Shown: positions 1-8,755, counted from the stretch's first letter. The stretch is DNA of 49,655 bases from an uncultured Candidatus Saccharibacteria bacterium (GCA_964434605.1 CAYSVM010000003.1:1-49655); one strand, 5' to 3'. Notes: generated from the sequence alone by a model not told the origin. Made by a program: numbers and translations.

Positions 1-749
1 TTATCAAACCATAATGTGAGCCATCCTCCTTCATAGCCATAAAAATGTTTGACTATTACATTAGTTACCAAGATTCCAATTGCTAAACCAGCAACAGACC
101 ATCGCAACCATCTCTGTGTGGAGATGGTAATCTTTTGCCAGAAAGATTCCCATTCCGAAAAATAATATCCTGCAGTTAACCCAATAAAAAACAATACTTC
201 CCAAGCAAGAAATGGGTTATGTCCGCGGTAGAACCAAGCAATAAGGGCAGCTAAGATGACTAGCCAGGCTTGTTTCTTGCTCATCAGCCATAGAGCTAAC
301 GGAGATATCACCATGTAGACCGTGTAGTAGGGCAAGAAGTCTGTCCAACCGTAGTTATATTGAAAAGTAAGAGTTTTCCAAAGAAGCTCTAAAACAGGAA
401 TATGTTCAGCTCCAGGCTTTATACCAGGCATCCCTGATAACCACCAAGCGAGAAAAGTGAATAACAAAGTGAGACTTACCGACCAGGCATACAAAAGCAA
501 GGAACGAAGCCAGAGCCGTTTCCAAGCCAACTGAAAGTTTCCTTCCCTCACTTCCCTCCCCCGAATTATTCCAATGAGAATGCCTGATTCAATAAAGAAG
601 CCATCAGCAGCAGATGCCCAAAGCAATCCTTTGCCAGTGAATGTCTCAAAGAAGCCGGGGAATCGGTAAATATGATCTATTAAAATGACCCAAAGAAAAT
701 AGCCTCGGAGTAGATCAAGGGTAACAATTCGACGATTTAACCGCTCCAC
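1..749 (-). CDS. integral membrane protein, OpgC/acyltransferase-3-like (3' end runs off the window)
   Basis: Absent from the ORF track because it runs off the left edge. The minus-strand frame (codons at 3n..3n+2) is open from the TAA at 765-767 down to position 3. The only canonical start is GTG at 747-749, which overlaps the upstream lipoprotein gene by 13 nt. Hand translation: V-ERLNRRIVTLDLLRGYFLWVILIDHIYRFPGFFETFTGKGLLWASAADGFFIESGILIGIIRG...LAWWLSGMPGI... It is strongly hydrophobic, and the RxxxLDLLRG...IDH N-terminus resembles OpgC/acyltransferase-3 membrane proteins. Confidence 0.5.
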   Translation of the reverse strand, partial: MERLNRRIVTLDLLRGYFLWVILIDHIYRFPGFFETFTGKGLLWASAADGFFIESGILIGIIRGREVREGNFQLAWKRLWLRSLLLYAWSVSLTLLFTFLAWWLSGMPGIKPGAEHIPVLELLWKTLTFQYNYGWTDFLPYYTVYMVISPLALWLMSKKQAWLVILAALIAWFYRGHNPFLAWEVLFFIGLTAGYYFSEWESFWQKITISTQRWLRWSVAGLAIGILVTNVIVKHFYGYEGGWLTLWFD

Positions 750-1087
750 TCGTGACTGAAAATTTTACCATTAACCTCTGATTCCACGTATCCTTTTTTC
801 CCAGTTTGATCGAAGTAATAGTTCATTTTCATACCTTGGCCATTAAATAAAACATGGCACAAGCCATCGTATTTGCCACCTTGGACTAGTTCTTGAATCT
901 TCCACTCACCGCTAGCTCCATCGTTACCTTGATAATTCCAATTTGCACCAGCCTGACACCAACTATTCGAACCAGGAGTATTTACAGTAACAGAACCATC
1001 TTCAGTATTAATAGTGGTTGCTTTACCGCATCCTGACAAAATCACCAAAGACAAGATTAAAAAACCAGAAAAGATCTCAACTCTCAT
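737..1087 (-). CDS. small secreted lipoprotein, unknown function
   Basis: 116-aa ORF. Signal peptide ends in the lipobox-like LSGC (MRVEIFSGFLILSLVILSGCGK...), and the mature part has two more Cys. No family recognised. Its 3' end overlaps the GTG start of the downstream membrane-protein gene. Confidence 0.6.
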   Translation of the reverse strand: MRVEIFSGFLILSLVILSGCGKATTINTEDGSVTVNTPGSNSWCQAGANWNYQGNDGASGEWKIQELVQGGKYDGLCHVLFNGQGMKMNYYFDQTGKKGYVESEVNGKIFSHEWSG

Positions 1088-1165
1088 ATTGCCCTCCGTC
1101 TTGAATTATATAGATATAGCTATAGAAAATTATATCATTCTTTGAAATTAGAAGGAGCCGGTTAG

Positions 1166-2107
1166 TTGCGGGCTCCATTATTTTTCCCAGAGAAAGCTTG
1201 TCTGGGAGAGGCTTTTGGGTGTAAAGTGGGCCATATGGGAGTAATTGAGGCAAACAACCTAACCAAGTACTACGGGCGCGTAAGGGGGGTGGAGAACCTC
1301 TCTTTTTCGGTCAATGAGGGAGAGATCTTCGGTTTCCTAGGGCCCAATGGGGCAGGGAAAACTACTGCCATCCGGCTAATGCTGGATTTTATTAGACCGC
1401 AGAGGGGAGATATCCGAGTCTTTGGGCTTGATGCCCACAAGAACTCTTCGGCGATTCATAGGTATACAGGATATGTCTCTAGTGAACCATTCCTCTACCC
1501 ATTCATGAAGGGATTGGCACTAATTAGTTGGCTAAAGACTTTTAGAAGACAAAGTTGCGACCTACCATTAGGGCGGTTGTGTGAAATCTTGCAGTTTAAT
1601 CCCAATCATTTTATCAAGAACTATTCTAGTGGGAATCGGAAGAAATTGGCATTGATTCAGGCAATGATACATCGTCCTCGCTTGTTGATTTTGGATGAGC
1701 CAACTAACGGACTGGATCCGATTATTAAACAAGGATTCTATGCTGTTCTGAGAAGCCTCAAGCGAAGCGGAACAACCATATTCTTTTCTTCACATGATTT
1801 AACCGAGGTTCAAAAAGTATGTGACCGGGTAGCGATTATTAAAGATGGTCGAGTAGTAGCCGTAGAGGAAGTGGACAGTTTGATTCACAAAAGCAATTTA
1901 TTAGTTGAAATCACCTTTAATCAGATGCCTAATGAAATAATGCTGGATGGACTGAAAGTAACTGAAAAGAATGGACAAACAGTGAAATTACAGGTCGGAA
2001 GAGATGAAATTAATGCCGTGCTAACACGATTGAATCAATACCAGATTACTGATATCACCATATCCGAATCGACCCTAGAGGATATATTCCTAACTTGGTA
2101 TCAATAA
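1166..2107 (+). CDS. ABC transporter ATP-binding protein
   Basis: Walker A GPNGAGKTT, signature-like YSSGNRKKL, Walker B LLILDEPT, H-loop region SSHD. TTG at 1166 follows AAGGAG (1152-1157, 8-nt spacer). ATG at 1235 (MGVIEANNLTKYYG) matches typical ABC N-termini better, so the start is uncertain. Confidence 0.9.
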   Translation: MRAPLFFPEKACLGEAFGCKVGHMGVIEANNLTKYYGRVRGVENLSFSVNEGEIFGFLGPNGAGKTTAIRLMLDFIRPQRGDIRVFGLDAHKNSSAIHRYTGYVSSEPFLYPFMKGLALISWLKTFRRQSCDLPLGRLCEILQFNPNHFIKNYSSGNRKKLALIQAMIHRPRLLILDEPTNGLDPIIKQGFYAVLRSLKRSGTTIFFSSHDLTEVQKVCDRVAIIKDGRVVAVEEVDSLIHKSNLLVEITFNQMPNEIMLDGLKVTEKNGQTVKLQVGRDEINAVLTRLNQYQITDITISESTLEDIFLTWYQ

Positions 2108-2925
2108 TGAACGGACCAATTTTCTGGCAAACTCTGAAAAGTTATTGGCTAACAATCCTCCTCTATTGTGGTGGTCTATTCCTCTACAGTATGTTTTTGA
2201 CGTTTATTTATCCCATTGTCCAAGATTTAGGAACAAATTACACCGAAATCTTCAATAAGATGCCTGAACAGATTCGTAATGCAATGGGCGGAACAAACTT
2301 TTTGACTGGAGGTCTGACTTTTGAAAGCTTTATGTCAATGGAACACCTTCGACTTTTCTGGGTAATTATCGTCACTGCTTTTATTATTGGCTTTACTTCT
2401 AGAGCAATTGCTGGAGAAGTGGAACAGGGAACTATTGCCCTACTACTATCCCAACCCGTCACTCGTACTCAAATTTTCTTTAGCAAACTAGTGGTGGGAA
2501 TAATTGGGGTAGCTGCACTGACAATAGCAACTATTGGGGGAATACTTTGGCAAGCACACCGCTTAGATATTATCGTTTCCCCTATTGAGGGATACTTCTT
2601 ATTCACCTTTGTGGCGATTCTGTTTTTCTCTAGTATCCTAACTCTGGCAATGATGTTTTCGACTATGGTAGTGGAACGAGGAAGAGCAACCTTGCTACCA
2701 TTGTTGTTTGTGATTACTTCTTTTGTAATAGATATGTTTGCTAAATTGAATGCCGATTGGGAAGATCTGAAATGGCTTTCGATTTTCCAGTACTATAGCT
2801 CTCCGGATGAAATTTTGACTACTGCGAGTATAGACAACCTAAATCTATGGGTGTTTGCTGGGATAATTGTAATTACTACCACTGTTGGATTGGTAGTATT
2901 TAATAGAAGAGATATTTCGGTTTAG
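2107..2925 (+). CDS. ABC-2 type transporter permease
   Basis: Several long hydrophobic segments, directly coupled to the ATPase. ATG at 2107 overlaps the ATPase TAA by 1 nt (TAATG). The ORF-track start at 2095 is an upstream in-frame TTG. Confidence 0.8.
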   Translation: MNGPIFWQTLKSYWLTILLYCGGLFLYSMFLTFIYPIVQDLGTNYTEIFNKMPEQIRNAMGGTNFLTGGLTFESFMSMEHLRLFWVIIVTAFIIGFTSRAIAGEVEQGTIALLLSQPVTRTQIFFSKLVVGIIGVAALTIATIGGILWQAHRLDIIVSPIEGYFLFTFVAILFFSSILTLAMMFSTMVVERGRATLLPLLFVITSFVIDMFAKLNADWEDLKWLSIFQYYSSPDEILTTASIDNLNLWVFAGIIVITTTVGLVVFNRRDISV

Positions 2926-2933
2926 AATAATGC

Positions 2934-3009
2934 TGGCAGGGGTGGCAGGCTTCGAACCCGCGACCTTTCGTTTTGGAGACGAACGCTCTACCTACTGAGC
3001 TACACCCCT
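2934..3009 (-). tRNA. tRNA-Trp (anticodon CCA)
   Basis: Hand fold of the minus strand: acceptor AGGGGTG/CACCCCT, D stem GCTC/GAGC with GG loop, anticodon stem TTCGT/ACGAA, loop CTCCAAA. T arm GCGGG-TTCGAAG-CCTGC, discriminator G, CCA encoded. 76 nt. Confidence 0.9.
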
Positions 3010-3667
3010 ATAATTTAAGATTGCCAAGGGCTTTCATAAGGCCAAAGAGCTCTCTTGCAATAACTTTATCATAATAACTTAGAGCCAAGCATCCTGGATA
3101 GTCTGGTCTGATATTTCGTCCTGAGTTAGGTTTTAAATAGGGTTTATGGAATTGGATAGTTGGCACCCCCGTAACCGATGACCAAAACTCTGTTTGCTTG
3201 GCAACGTTATGGTATTCGTGTAAATGAATTAGACACCTGATTTTCTCTTCTCGAAGGCTGAAACCAACCCGAAGACATTTTAGAAAAAATTTGATAAGTT
3301 TTGGATCTGAATTAGCGAATTTAATAGAATGATCGTAATTCTTACCTCCTTCGCACCAATATAAGAGAGCTGCAAACACTTTAGCGGTATTAGGTGTAAG
3401 TGGTGAATATTTGTTAGTTAAACTAGTCCCATATGCTAGAAAGCGCTTGCGTTCATTGTCATTTCTAGTAGCAACTGTTGCATGTGCTTTGGCGAGTGCT
3501 TTTTGGGTTTTTTCGCGAAGCCTGTTGTATCCAGACAGAGATATGGGAATAGGGCTAACCCATAAAGATGCTGTGCTTTTAGAAATTCCTATTGTAGTAG
3601 CAATTTCCTTGAGTGAATATCCCTTTTTCCTTAGATTGATTGCTTTACCCTTTAATTCAGTTTTCAT
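3008..3667 (-). CDS. HTH DNA-binding protein with a possible LAGLIDADG-like nuclease domain
   Basis: ATG at 3667 follows GGGGG; the ORF-track start at 3688 is an upstream GTG. N-terminal helix-turn-helix: KGYSLKEIATTIGISKSTASLWV. The C-terminal ~130 aa contain FAALLYWCEGGK, which fits a LAGLIDADG-type helix ending in acidic-Gly. That assignment is inference, not a search result. The TAG stop (3008-3010) overlaps the first 2 nt of tRNA-Trp. Confidence 0.6.
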   Translation of the reverse strand: MKTELKGKAINLRKKGYSLKEIATTIGISKSTASLWVSPIPISLSGYNRLREKTQKALAKAHATVATRNDNERKRFLAYGTSLTNKYSPLTPNTAKVFAALLYWCEGGKNYDHSIKFANSDPKLIKFFLKCLRVGFSLREEKIRCLIHLHEYHNVAKQTEFWSSVTGVPTIQFHKPYLKPNSGRNIRPDYPGCLALSYYDKVIARELFGLMKALGNLKL

Positions 3668-3707
3668 CGAACCCCCATAATAAATCACACTACTCCTATT
3701 TTACCAT

Positions 3708-3734
3708 AAACCCCGCTACTGGAGCGGGGTTTTT
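3708..3734 (-). terminator. hairpin with flanking A/T tracts downstream of rpmG
   Basis: aaa-CCCCGCT-actgg-AGCGGGG-ttttt: a 7-bp GC-rich stem (3711-3717 / 3723-3729). The T tract is stronger in the plus sense; in the minus sense the stem is followed by TTTAT. Lies between the rpmG stop (3738) and the HTH ORF start. Confidence 0.5.
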
Positions 3735-3737
3735 ATC

Positions 3738-3920
3738 TTACTTAGTTTCTTTGTGTTCGGTGGTCTTTTTGCAGATACGGCAGAATTTCTTTCTGACTAA
3801 TCTATCCGGTGTATTAGTCGGATTCTTGCGAGTGGAGTAAACACCCTGCTTACACTCAGTACACATCAGTTTGATGATGGGGCGTTTTACTTTCTTAGTT
3901 ATTTTCCCTTTTTTTGGCAT
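3738..3920 (-). CDS. rpmG: 50S ribosomal protein L33 (zinc-binding form)
   Basis: 60 aa; CTEC...CRIC Cys pairs and the C-terminal TTEHKETK typical of L33. Confidence 0.9.
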   Translation of the reverse strand: MPKKGKITKKVKRPIIKLMCTECKQGVYSTRKNPTNTPDRLVRKKFCRICKKTTEHKETK

Positions 3921-3921
3921 A

Positions 3922-4704
3922 TTACGCTTTCTTAATTTGTAGGAAGTCTAATTCAACGGGAGTTTCACGACCAAAGATAGAGACCAATACTTTTACTTTG
4001 CCTTTTTCTTCATCAATTTCATTTACTGAACCATCGTAGTTTTTGAATGGACCATCTTTGATATGTACCAAATCACCAATATTTACATCTATCTTATATT
4101 TTGGTTCTTCCACATCCATCCGTTTGAAGATGGCTCTGAGTTCTACGTCCGAGACAGGTACTGGAACGGTACCAGATCCAATGAAACCTGTAACATTTGG
4201 AGTGTTGCGAACAACATACCAAGAATCTTCGGTTACCTTCATGTTTACTAGTACATAGCCAGGGAACATTTTCTTTTCCACGATTTTGCGTTTGCTGTTC
4301 TTGATTTCAATCTGGTTTTCTTTGGGAACTAGGACGTCGAAGATTTTGTCCTGCATATCAAGGGAACTGATTCTTTGCTTCAAACTTTCAGATACAGCAT
4401 CTTCGTATCCAGAATAGGTGTGCAGAACATACCATTGCCCTGGCCAGTCTTTGGAAAGTGAAGCGGCAGTGTCTGCAGCAGGAGCAGGCTCTTCGTCTGT
4501 TTTCTCCTCTATTTCCTCTTCCAGCTCATCTTCCGGCAGAGCGGCTTGTTCTGTTGCTTCATCCATTTCAGCTAGTTCACCTTTGCCTTCTTCTGCTTCG
4601 ACTTCTGCTTCTGCAAGAGACTCTTCGGGAGTTTCAATAGTGTTTTCCGTCTCTACCGGATTCTCTTGCTGTTCGTCTGATTGTAATTGTTGATTGTCGT
4701 CCAT
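3922..4704 (-). CDS. nusG: transcription termination/antitermination factor NusG with a long acidic N-terminal extension
   Basis: The C-terminal ~175 aa match NusG: [14 protein letters not shown]..., the NGN domain, and [25 protein letters not shown]. They are preceded by ~85 aa rich in D/E/Q. Confidence 0.95.
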   Translation of the reverse strand: MDDNQQLQSDEQQENPVETENTIETPEESLAEAEVEAEEGKGELAEMDEATEQAALPEDELEEEIEEKTDEEPAPAADTAASLSKDWPGQWYVLHTYSGYEDAVSESLKQRISSLDMQDKIFDVLVPKENQIEIKNSKRKIVEKKMFPGYVLVNMKVTEDSWYVVRNTPNVTGFIGSGTVPVPVSDVELRAIFKRMDVEEPKYKIDVNIGDLVHIKDGPFKNYDGSVNEIDEEKGKVKVLVSIFGRETPVELDFLQIKKA

Positions 4705-4706
4705 TG

Positions 4707-4961
4707 TTATTCGGTTACGGGAGTAGCAGTTACATCGCCTATACTGCTTGTAACATTGCTACCATTTTTCTCAGCAAGGATGGTTAGCCATTTGATGCCA
4801 GTAGTAAGACCGTAGTCGACAACTGCTACGTATATCATGAAGAGGATTGAAACAGCGAGAACAACAAGAGTGAGGTTGATAGCAGCTTGGCGAGTAGGCC
4901 AAGTGACCTTTGCTAATTCAACCCGAGCTTCATGGAAAAATTTGATAATCGCTTTGAACAT
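4707..4961 (-). CDS. secE: preprotein translocase subunit SecE
   Basis: MFKAIIKFFHEARVELAKVTWPTRQAAINLTLVVLAVSILFMIYVAVVD: the conserved E..KV.WP motif plus a single TM segment. ATG at 4961 lies 1 nt after the rpsI stop. The ORF-track start at 4988 would overlap rpsI. Confidence 0.8.
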   Translation of the reverse strand: MFKAIIKFFHEARVELAKVTWPTRQAAINLTLVVLAVSILFMIYVAVVDYGLTTGIKWLTILAEKNGSNVTSSIGDVTATPVTE

Positions 4962-4962
4962 T

Positions 4963-5376
4963 TTATCGTTTACTAAATTGAGGAGCACGACGGGCGCGCT
5001 TGAGACCGAATTTTTTCCGTTCTTTCACTCGAGCGTCCCGAGTAAGCAATCCCGCTTTTTTGAGAGCTGTCTTTAGATTGGTATCGAATTCTACTAGAGC
5101 CCGAGCAATTCCATGGCGCATGGCATCTGCTTGAGCAGCCATTCCTCCTCCATGAATATGAGCAGAGATATCGAAATCCTTTCGCATCCCCACAACCTCT
5201 AGAGGCTTTAGGGCATTTTCTAGTAGATCTCGAGGACTAAAGTAGCGATTACCTACTTGGTCGTTAACAACCACAATCTTCCCATCTCCCTTATACAGCC
5301 GTACTTGAGCAGAGGCAGTCTTTCTGCGACCGACTCCATAAAAATACTTTCCAGATAATTTTAGTGTTGGTTCCAT
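4963..5376 (-). CDS. rpsI: 30S ribosomal protein S9
   Basis: YYGVGRRKTASAQVRLYKG... and the C-terminal RRAPQFSKR. Confidence 0.95.
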   Translation of the reverse strand: MEPTLKLSGKYFYGVGRRKTASAQVRLYKGDGKIVVVNDQVGNRYFSPRDLLENALKPLEVVGMRKDFDISAHIHGGGMAAQADAMRHGIARALVEFDTNLKTALKKAGLLTRDARVKERKKFGLKRARRAPQFSKR

Positions 5377-5378
5377 AT

Positions 5379-5816
5379 CTATATTCTAACTGAAACAGGG
5401 TTTTGCCCAGCGTGTGGATGGCTGGCGCTGGTATATATCTTTAAGCGTCCCATTAGTTTGTTGTGTAATTTGTTCTTGGGAAGCATGCCCGCTACCGCAT
5501 GGCGGATAACCTCACCTGGGTTTTTGCCAGACAATACTTCGCCTGCGGTTTTAGTCTTCAGGCCACCTGGATAGGTAGTGTGGCTAGTATAGATCTTGTT
5601 AGCTAATTTGTTCCCAGTAAGCTTTATTTCTCCGGCATTAATAACCACAACATTTGTCTTGGCTTCTACTGCCCGATTGAAACTAGCTTGGTCTTTGCCC
5701 ATGAGAAGGCGAGCAATCTTTACTGCTAAGCGACCGAGTACGGCATCTTTGGCATCTGCCACAAACCAGCGTTCGGGTAATTCTTGACTAGGAATGTGAG
5801 GAGTAGCTTTTTTCAT
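5379..5816 (-). CDS. rplM: 50S ribosomal protein L13
   Basis: WFVADAKDAVLGRLAVKIARLLMGK motif. The start overlaps the rplQ stop by 1 nt (TAATG). Confidence 0.95.
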   Translation of the reverse strand: MKKATPHIPSQELPERWFVADAKDAVLGRLAVKIARLLMGKDQASFNRAVEAKTNVVVINAGEIKLTGNKLANKIYTSHTTYPGGLKTKTAGEVLSGKNPGEVIRHAVAGMLPKNKLHNKLMGRLKIYTSASHPHAGQNPVSVRI

Positions 5817-6169
5817 TATACAAATTCAATTACAGATGTGGGGGCACTGTCTCCAGCGCGAGTTCCTTGACGAACGACTCTGACATATCCACCTTTACGT
5901 TCAAGATATTTTGGCGCTAAAACTTTGACTAGTTTCCTTACTACTACTTGGTTGTTGTAGAGTTCCTTCATGAGTTGTCTTTTGGTATTAAGATCATCTT
6001 TCTTGGCGATAGTCAGTAAACGTTCAATCTTTGGCCTTAGGGCTTTGGCTTTTGCAGTAGTGGTGGTAATACGCTCGTGGAGAATTAGAGAAGTAATTAA
6101 GTTACGCATCAGCGCAGTACGCTGGCGTTTTACCCGACCTAATTTTTTCCCCTCGACCAAGTGACGCAT
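5816..6169 (-). CDS. rplQ: 50S ribosomal protein L17
   Basis: MRHLVEGKKLGRVKRQRTALMRNL... typical L17 N-terminus. Confidence 0.95.
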   Translation of the reverse strand: MRHLVEGKKLGRVKRQRTALMRNLITSLILHERITTTTAKAKALRPKIERLLTIAKKDDLNTKRQLMKELYNNQVVVRKLVKVLAPKYLERKGGYVRVVRQGTRAGDSAPTSVIEFV

Positions 6170-6190
6170 GGATGTAATGAATCAAAAATA

Positions 6191-7123
6191 TTATTCAGGA
6201 CGATTGAAAGTAATACCCAGTTCGCCTAGTTTGTCTGTCAGTTCGTCTAGCGCTTTGGCACCAAGTCCCTTCATCTCAGAAAGTTTTTCTGGACCAATTT
6301 CTAGAATCTCACTAACTTTCTTAATACCATTATTTACTAATGCATTGGTAGTACGAACAGAAAGACTTATTTCATCAATGTTGAAGTCTCTTGCTTTTGC
6401 TTCGTCTGGTTCGCTTTCTTGTTCTCCCACTGGTAAGCTTTCCAAATCTACTCCGAAGATACTTAGCTGACGAGCCAAGATGTATGCACTTTGGCGCAGA
6501 GCTTCTTCTGGTGTAATGGTGCCGTCAGTTAGAAGATTTAGAGTCAGTTTGTCGTAATTCAGCATCTCACCAACACGAGTAGGCTCGACGTTGAACATGA
6601 CTTTTACCACAGGAGAAAACGCAGCATCTACAGCAATGGTGCCGATAGAGAAGCTCTTTTCATCCATTGCCTCACTAGGAATGTATCCCCTCCCCTTGTT
6701 TACCTGAATTTCCATATCCAGAGCGCCTTTTTCCGATACGGTTGCAATGTATTGTTCGGGATTTACGAGAGTAATATTACTTGGGATTTCTAGATCTCCT
6801 CCAGTTACTTCACCGGTCTTAGTGGCTTTGAATTTCAGAGGCATGATGTTGTTATCGTGGATAATAAAGCGGAGTTTTTTTAGATTCAAGATCACTTCTA
6901 CTGCATCTTCTTTTACTCCTGGAATGGGAGAAAATTCATGATCGATACCTGTAATCTTTACTCCAACAACTGCAGCACCAGGCAGAGAGCTAAGTAGAAC
7001 TCGACGAAGCGAGTTGCCTAAAGTAGTGCCGTATCCTGGATAGCACGGTTCGATGATGAATACTGCGCGATTAGGCGCTTTTTCTTCTATTTTTATACTC
7101 GGTGTGTTGATGTCTTCGGTCAT
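6191..7123 (-). CDS. rpoA: DNA-directed RNA polymerase subunit alpha
   Basis: GYGTTLGNSLRRVLLSSLPGAAV N-terminal-domain motif and a C-terminal domain with LSVRTTNAL. ATG at 7123 follows GGGGAGAG. The ORF-track start at 7141 is an upstream TTG. Confidence 0.93.
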   Translation of the reverse strand: MTEDINTPSIKIEEKAPNRAVFIIEPCYPGYGTTLGNSLRRVLLSSLPGAAVVGVKITGIDHEFSPIPGVKEDAVEVILNLKKLRFIIHDNNIMPLKFKATKTGEVTGGDLEIPSNITLVNPEQYIATVSEKGALDMEIQVNKGRGYIPSEAMDEKSFSIGTIAVDAAFSPVVKVMFNVEPTRVGEMLNYDKLTLNLLTDGTITPEEALRQSAYILARQLSIFGVDLESLPVGEQESEPDEAKARDFNIDEISLSVRTTNALVNNGIKKVSEILEIGPEKLSEMKGLGAKALDELTDKLGELGITFNRPE

Positions 7124-7145
7124 AATATTTTCTCTCCCCAAATTA

Positions 7146-7772
7146 TTATCTCGAATAGAATTCGACGATTATTTTTTCATTAAAAGGAACTTCGATTTCA
7201 TCTCTCGTTGGAAGGTTGGTGACTTCGATAGTCAGCGCTTCTCCATTTACCTTCAACCAAGATGCAGGCTGGTTACCTTTTCCAGCTTCTTGAAGTTTGG
7301 CTTTGAGAGCTGAGCTACCACTGGTAAAACTTATCTTGTCTCCCACCTTTACCTGCATTGATGGAACATTTATGGAACGACCATTGATATGCAAGTGTCC
7401 GTGAGAAACTAACTGACGAGCAGAGCGATGAGAATCCGTCCAGCCAGCCCGGTAGACTACATTGTCTAGTCTTCTTTCCAACTCCACGAGCAATTCAACG
7501 TCGGTAGAACCTTTCTTTCTACTAGCAGTTTCATAGTATCCACGTAGTTGCTTTTCGGTAAGGTGATAGAAAACACGAGCTTTCTGCTTTTCTCTAAGCT
7601 GTTGGCCATATCCGGTAAGCTTAGCGAATCCAGCTCGCTTTCCATGCATTCCAGGAGGTTGTTTGCGATGCATTTTTACATAGCGGGCTGCCGTAGAACG
7701 GTCTCCAGCCATGGCGAAATCTTCGCCCAACCTTCTGATTTTCTTCATTTTTGGTCCAATCGAAGTTGCCAT
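7146..7772 (-). CDS. rpsD: 30S ribosomal protein S4
   Basis: 208 aa; LREKQKARVFY, and an S4 domain RLDNVVYRAGW...ARQLVSHGH. The start overlaps the rpsK stop by 1 nt. Confidence 0.95.
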   Translation of the reverse strand: MATSIGPKMKKIRRLGEDFAMAGDRSTAARYVKMHRKQPPGMHGKRAGFAKLTGYGQQLREKQKARVFYHLTEKQLRGYYETASRKKGSTDVELLVELERRLDNVVYRAGWTDSHRSARQLVSHGHLHINGRSINVPSMQVKVGDKISFTSGSSALKAKLQEAGKGNQPASWLKVNGEALTIEVTNLPTRDEIEVPFNEKIIVEFYSR

Positions 7773-8245
7773 TACACTCTCCTAGATTTACGTGGACGAG
7801 GTCCGTTATGTGGAATAGGGGTAATATCTTTGATCGATGCAATATCTAAACCACCTTGAGCAACTGAACGAATAGCTGCTTCTCTTCCAGTACCAACACC
7901 TTGAACAAAAACATGTGCTTTCTGCATACCCATCCCTACTGCCTTAGCGATAGCGGATGAAGCGGCACGAGAACTTGCGTAAGAAGTTGATTTCTTGGAA
8001 CCCTTGAATCCTTCTCTTCCAGCCGAACTAGCTGAGATTACATTGCCTTCTAAATCAGTTACTGTAATCAGAGTGTTATTGAAAGTGGATTTAATATATA
8101 TCCTACCTTCAACAAGAGTACGCTTAGTCTTTTTGCGCTTTGCCTTAGTGATTTTGCTGGCGATTTTAGTAGCGTAAGCCTGCTTCTTCTGCTCGGCCTT
8201 GCGCCCTTTTTCCGCTTTCTTCTGTAATCTTTTCTTTCTGGACAT
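7772..8245 (-). CDS. rpsK: 30S ribosomal protein S11 (Lys-rich N-terminal extension)
   Basis: GRIYIKSTFNNTLITVTDLEGNVISASSAG... core, preceded by ~30 K/R/A-rich residues. Confidence 0.95.
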   Translation of the reverse strand: MSRKKRLQKKAEKGRKAEQKKQAYATKIASKITKAKRKKTKRTLVEGRIYIKSTFNNTLITVTDLEGNVISASSAGREGFKGSKKSTSYASSRAASSAIAKAVGMGMQKAHVFVQGVGTGREAAIRSVAQGGLDIASIKDITPIPHNGPRPRKSRRV

Positions 8246-8248
8246 AGA

Positions 8249-8638
8249 TTAAGTCTTATCTGCCGACTTCTTGCGTCCGCTACCCATTGTTACCCTCTTA
8301 CCTCTTTTGGTACGAGCGTTAGTACGAGTACGTTGTCCGCGAACCGGAAGCTTTTTTATATGGCGTTGACCGCGGTATGAGCCGAGATCCTTTAGCCGTT
8401 TGATATTCATGGCAATTTCCCGCCTGAGATCTCCCTCTACGAGAAGTTCTTTTTCAATTAGAGTTCTAAGTTTGTTTTCTTCTTCTGAAGTAAGATCTTT
8501 TACCCGGGTAGATGCTTTTAGGTTGGCTTGGGAAAGAATTTGGTCGCTTAAGCTTCTGCCAATGCCATAGATTGCGGTTAGAGCAATGTCTATGCGTTTG
8601 TCGTTATTCAGGTTGATACCGGCAATTCTTACTACCAT
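8249..8638 (-). CDS. rpsM: 30S ribosomal protein S13
   Basis: [28 protein letters not shown]... typical S13. Confidence 0.95.
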   Translation of the reverse strand: MVVRIAGINLNNDKRIDIALTAIYGIGRSLSDQILSQANLKASTRVKDLTSEEENKLRTLIEKELLVEGDLRREIAMNIKRLKDLGSYRGQRHIKKLPVRGQRTRTNARTKRGKRVTMGSGRKKSADKT

Positions 8639-8640
8639 AT

Positions 8641-8754
8641 TTATCCTTGGCGTTGTTTATGCTTTTTGGTGGAACAAATAACTCTCACCACACCCTTGCG
8701 CTTGATTACGCGGCAGTTTTTGCACATAGGTTTTACTGATGGTCGAACTTTCAT
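8641..8754 (-). CDS. rpmJ: 50S ribosomal protein L36 (zinc-binding form)
   Basis: Below the ORF-track size cutoff. Hand translation of the minus strand from 8754 to 8641: [37 protein letters not shown]-stop, the canonical L36 sequence with its CxxC...C...H motif. Confidence 0.9.
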   Translation of the reverse strand: MKVRPSVKPMCKNCRVIKRKGVVRVICSTKKHKQRQG

Positions 8755-8755
8755 A

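Noticed and set aside
1115-1124. 10-bp perfect palindrome TATAGCTATA in the divergent lipoprotein/ABC promoter region, as a possible operator
   Set aside because: It is too short and AT-rich to distinguish from chance in an AT-rich spacer. No regulator gene is nearby.
3411-3840. Plus-strand ORFs 3411-3680 and 3640-3840
   Set aside because: They are antisense to the HTH ORF and rpmG and cross the terminator hairpin, with no supporting signals.
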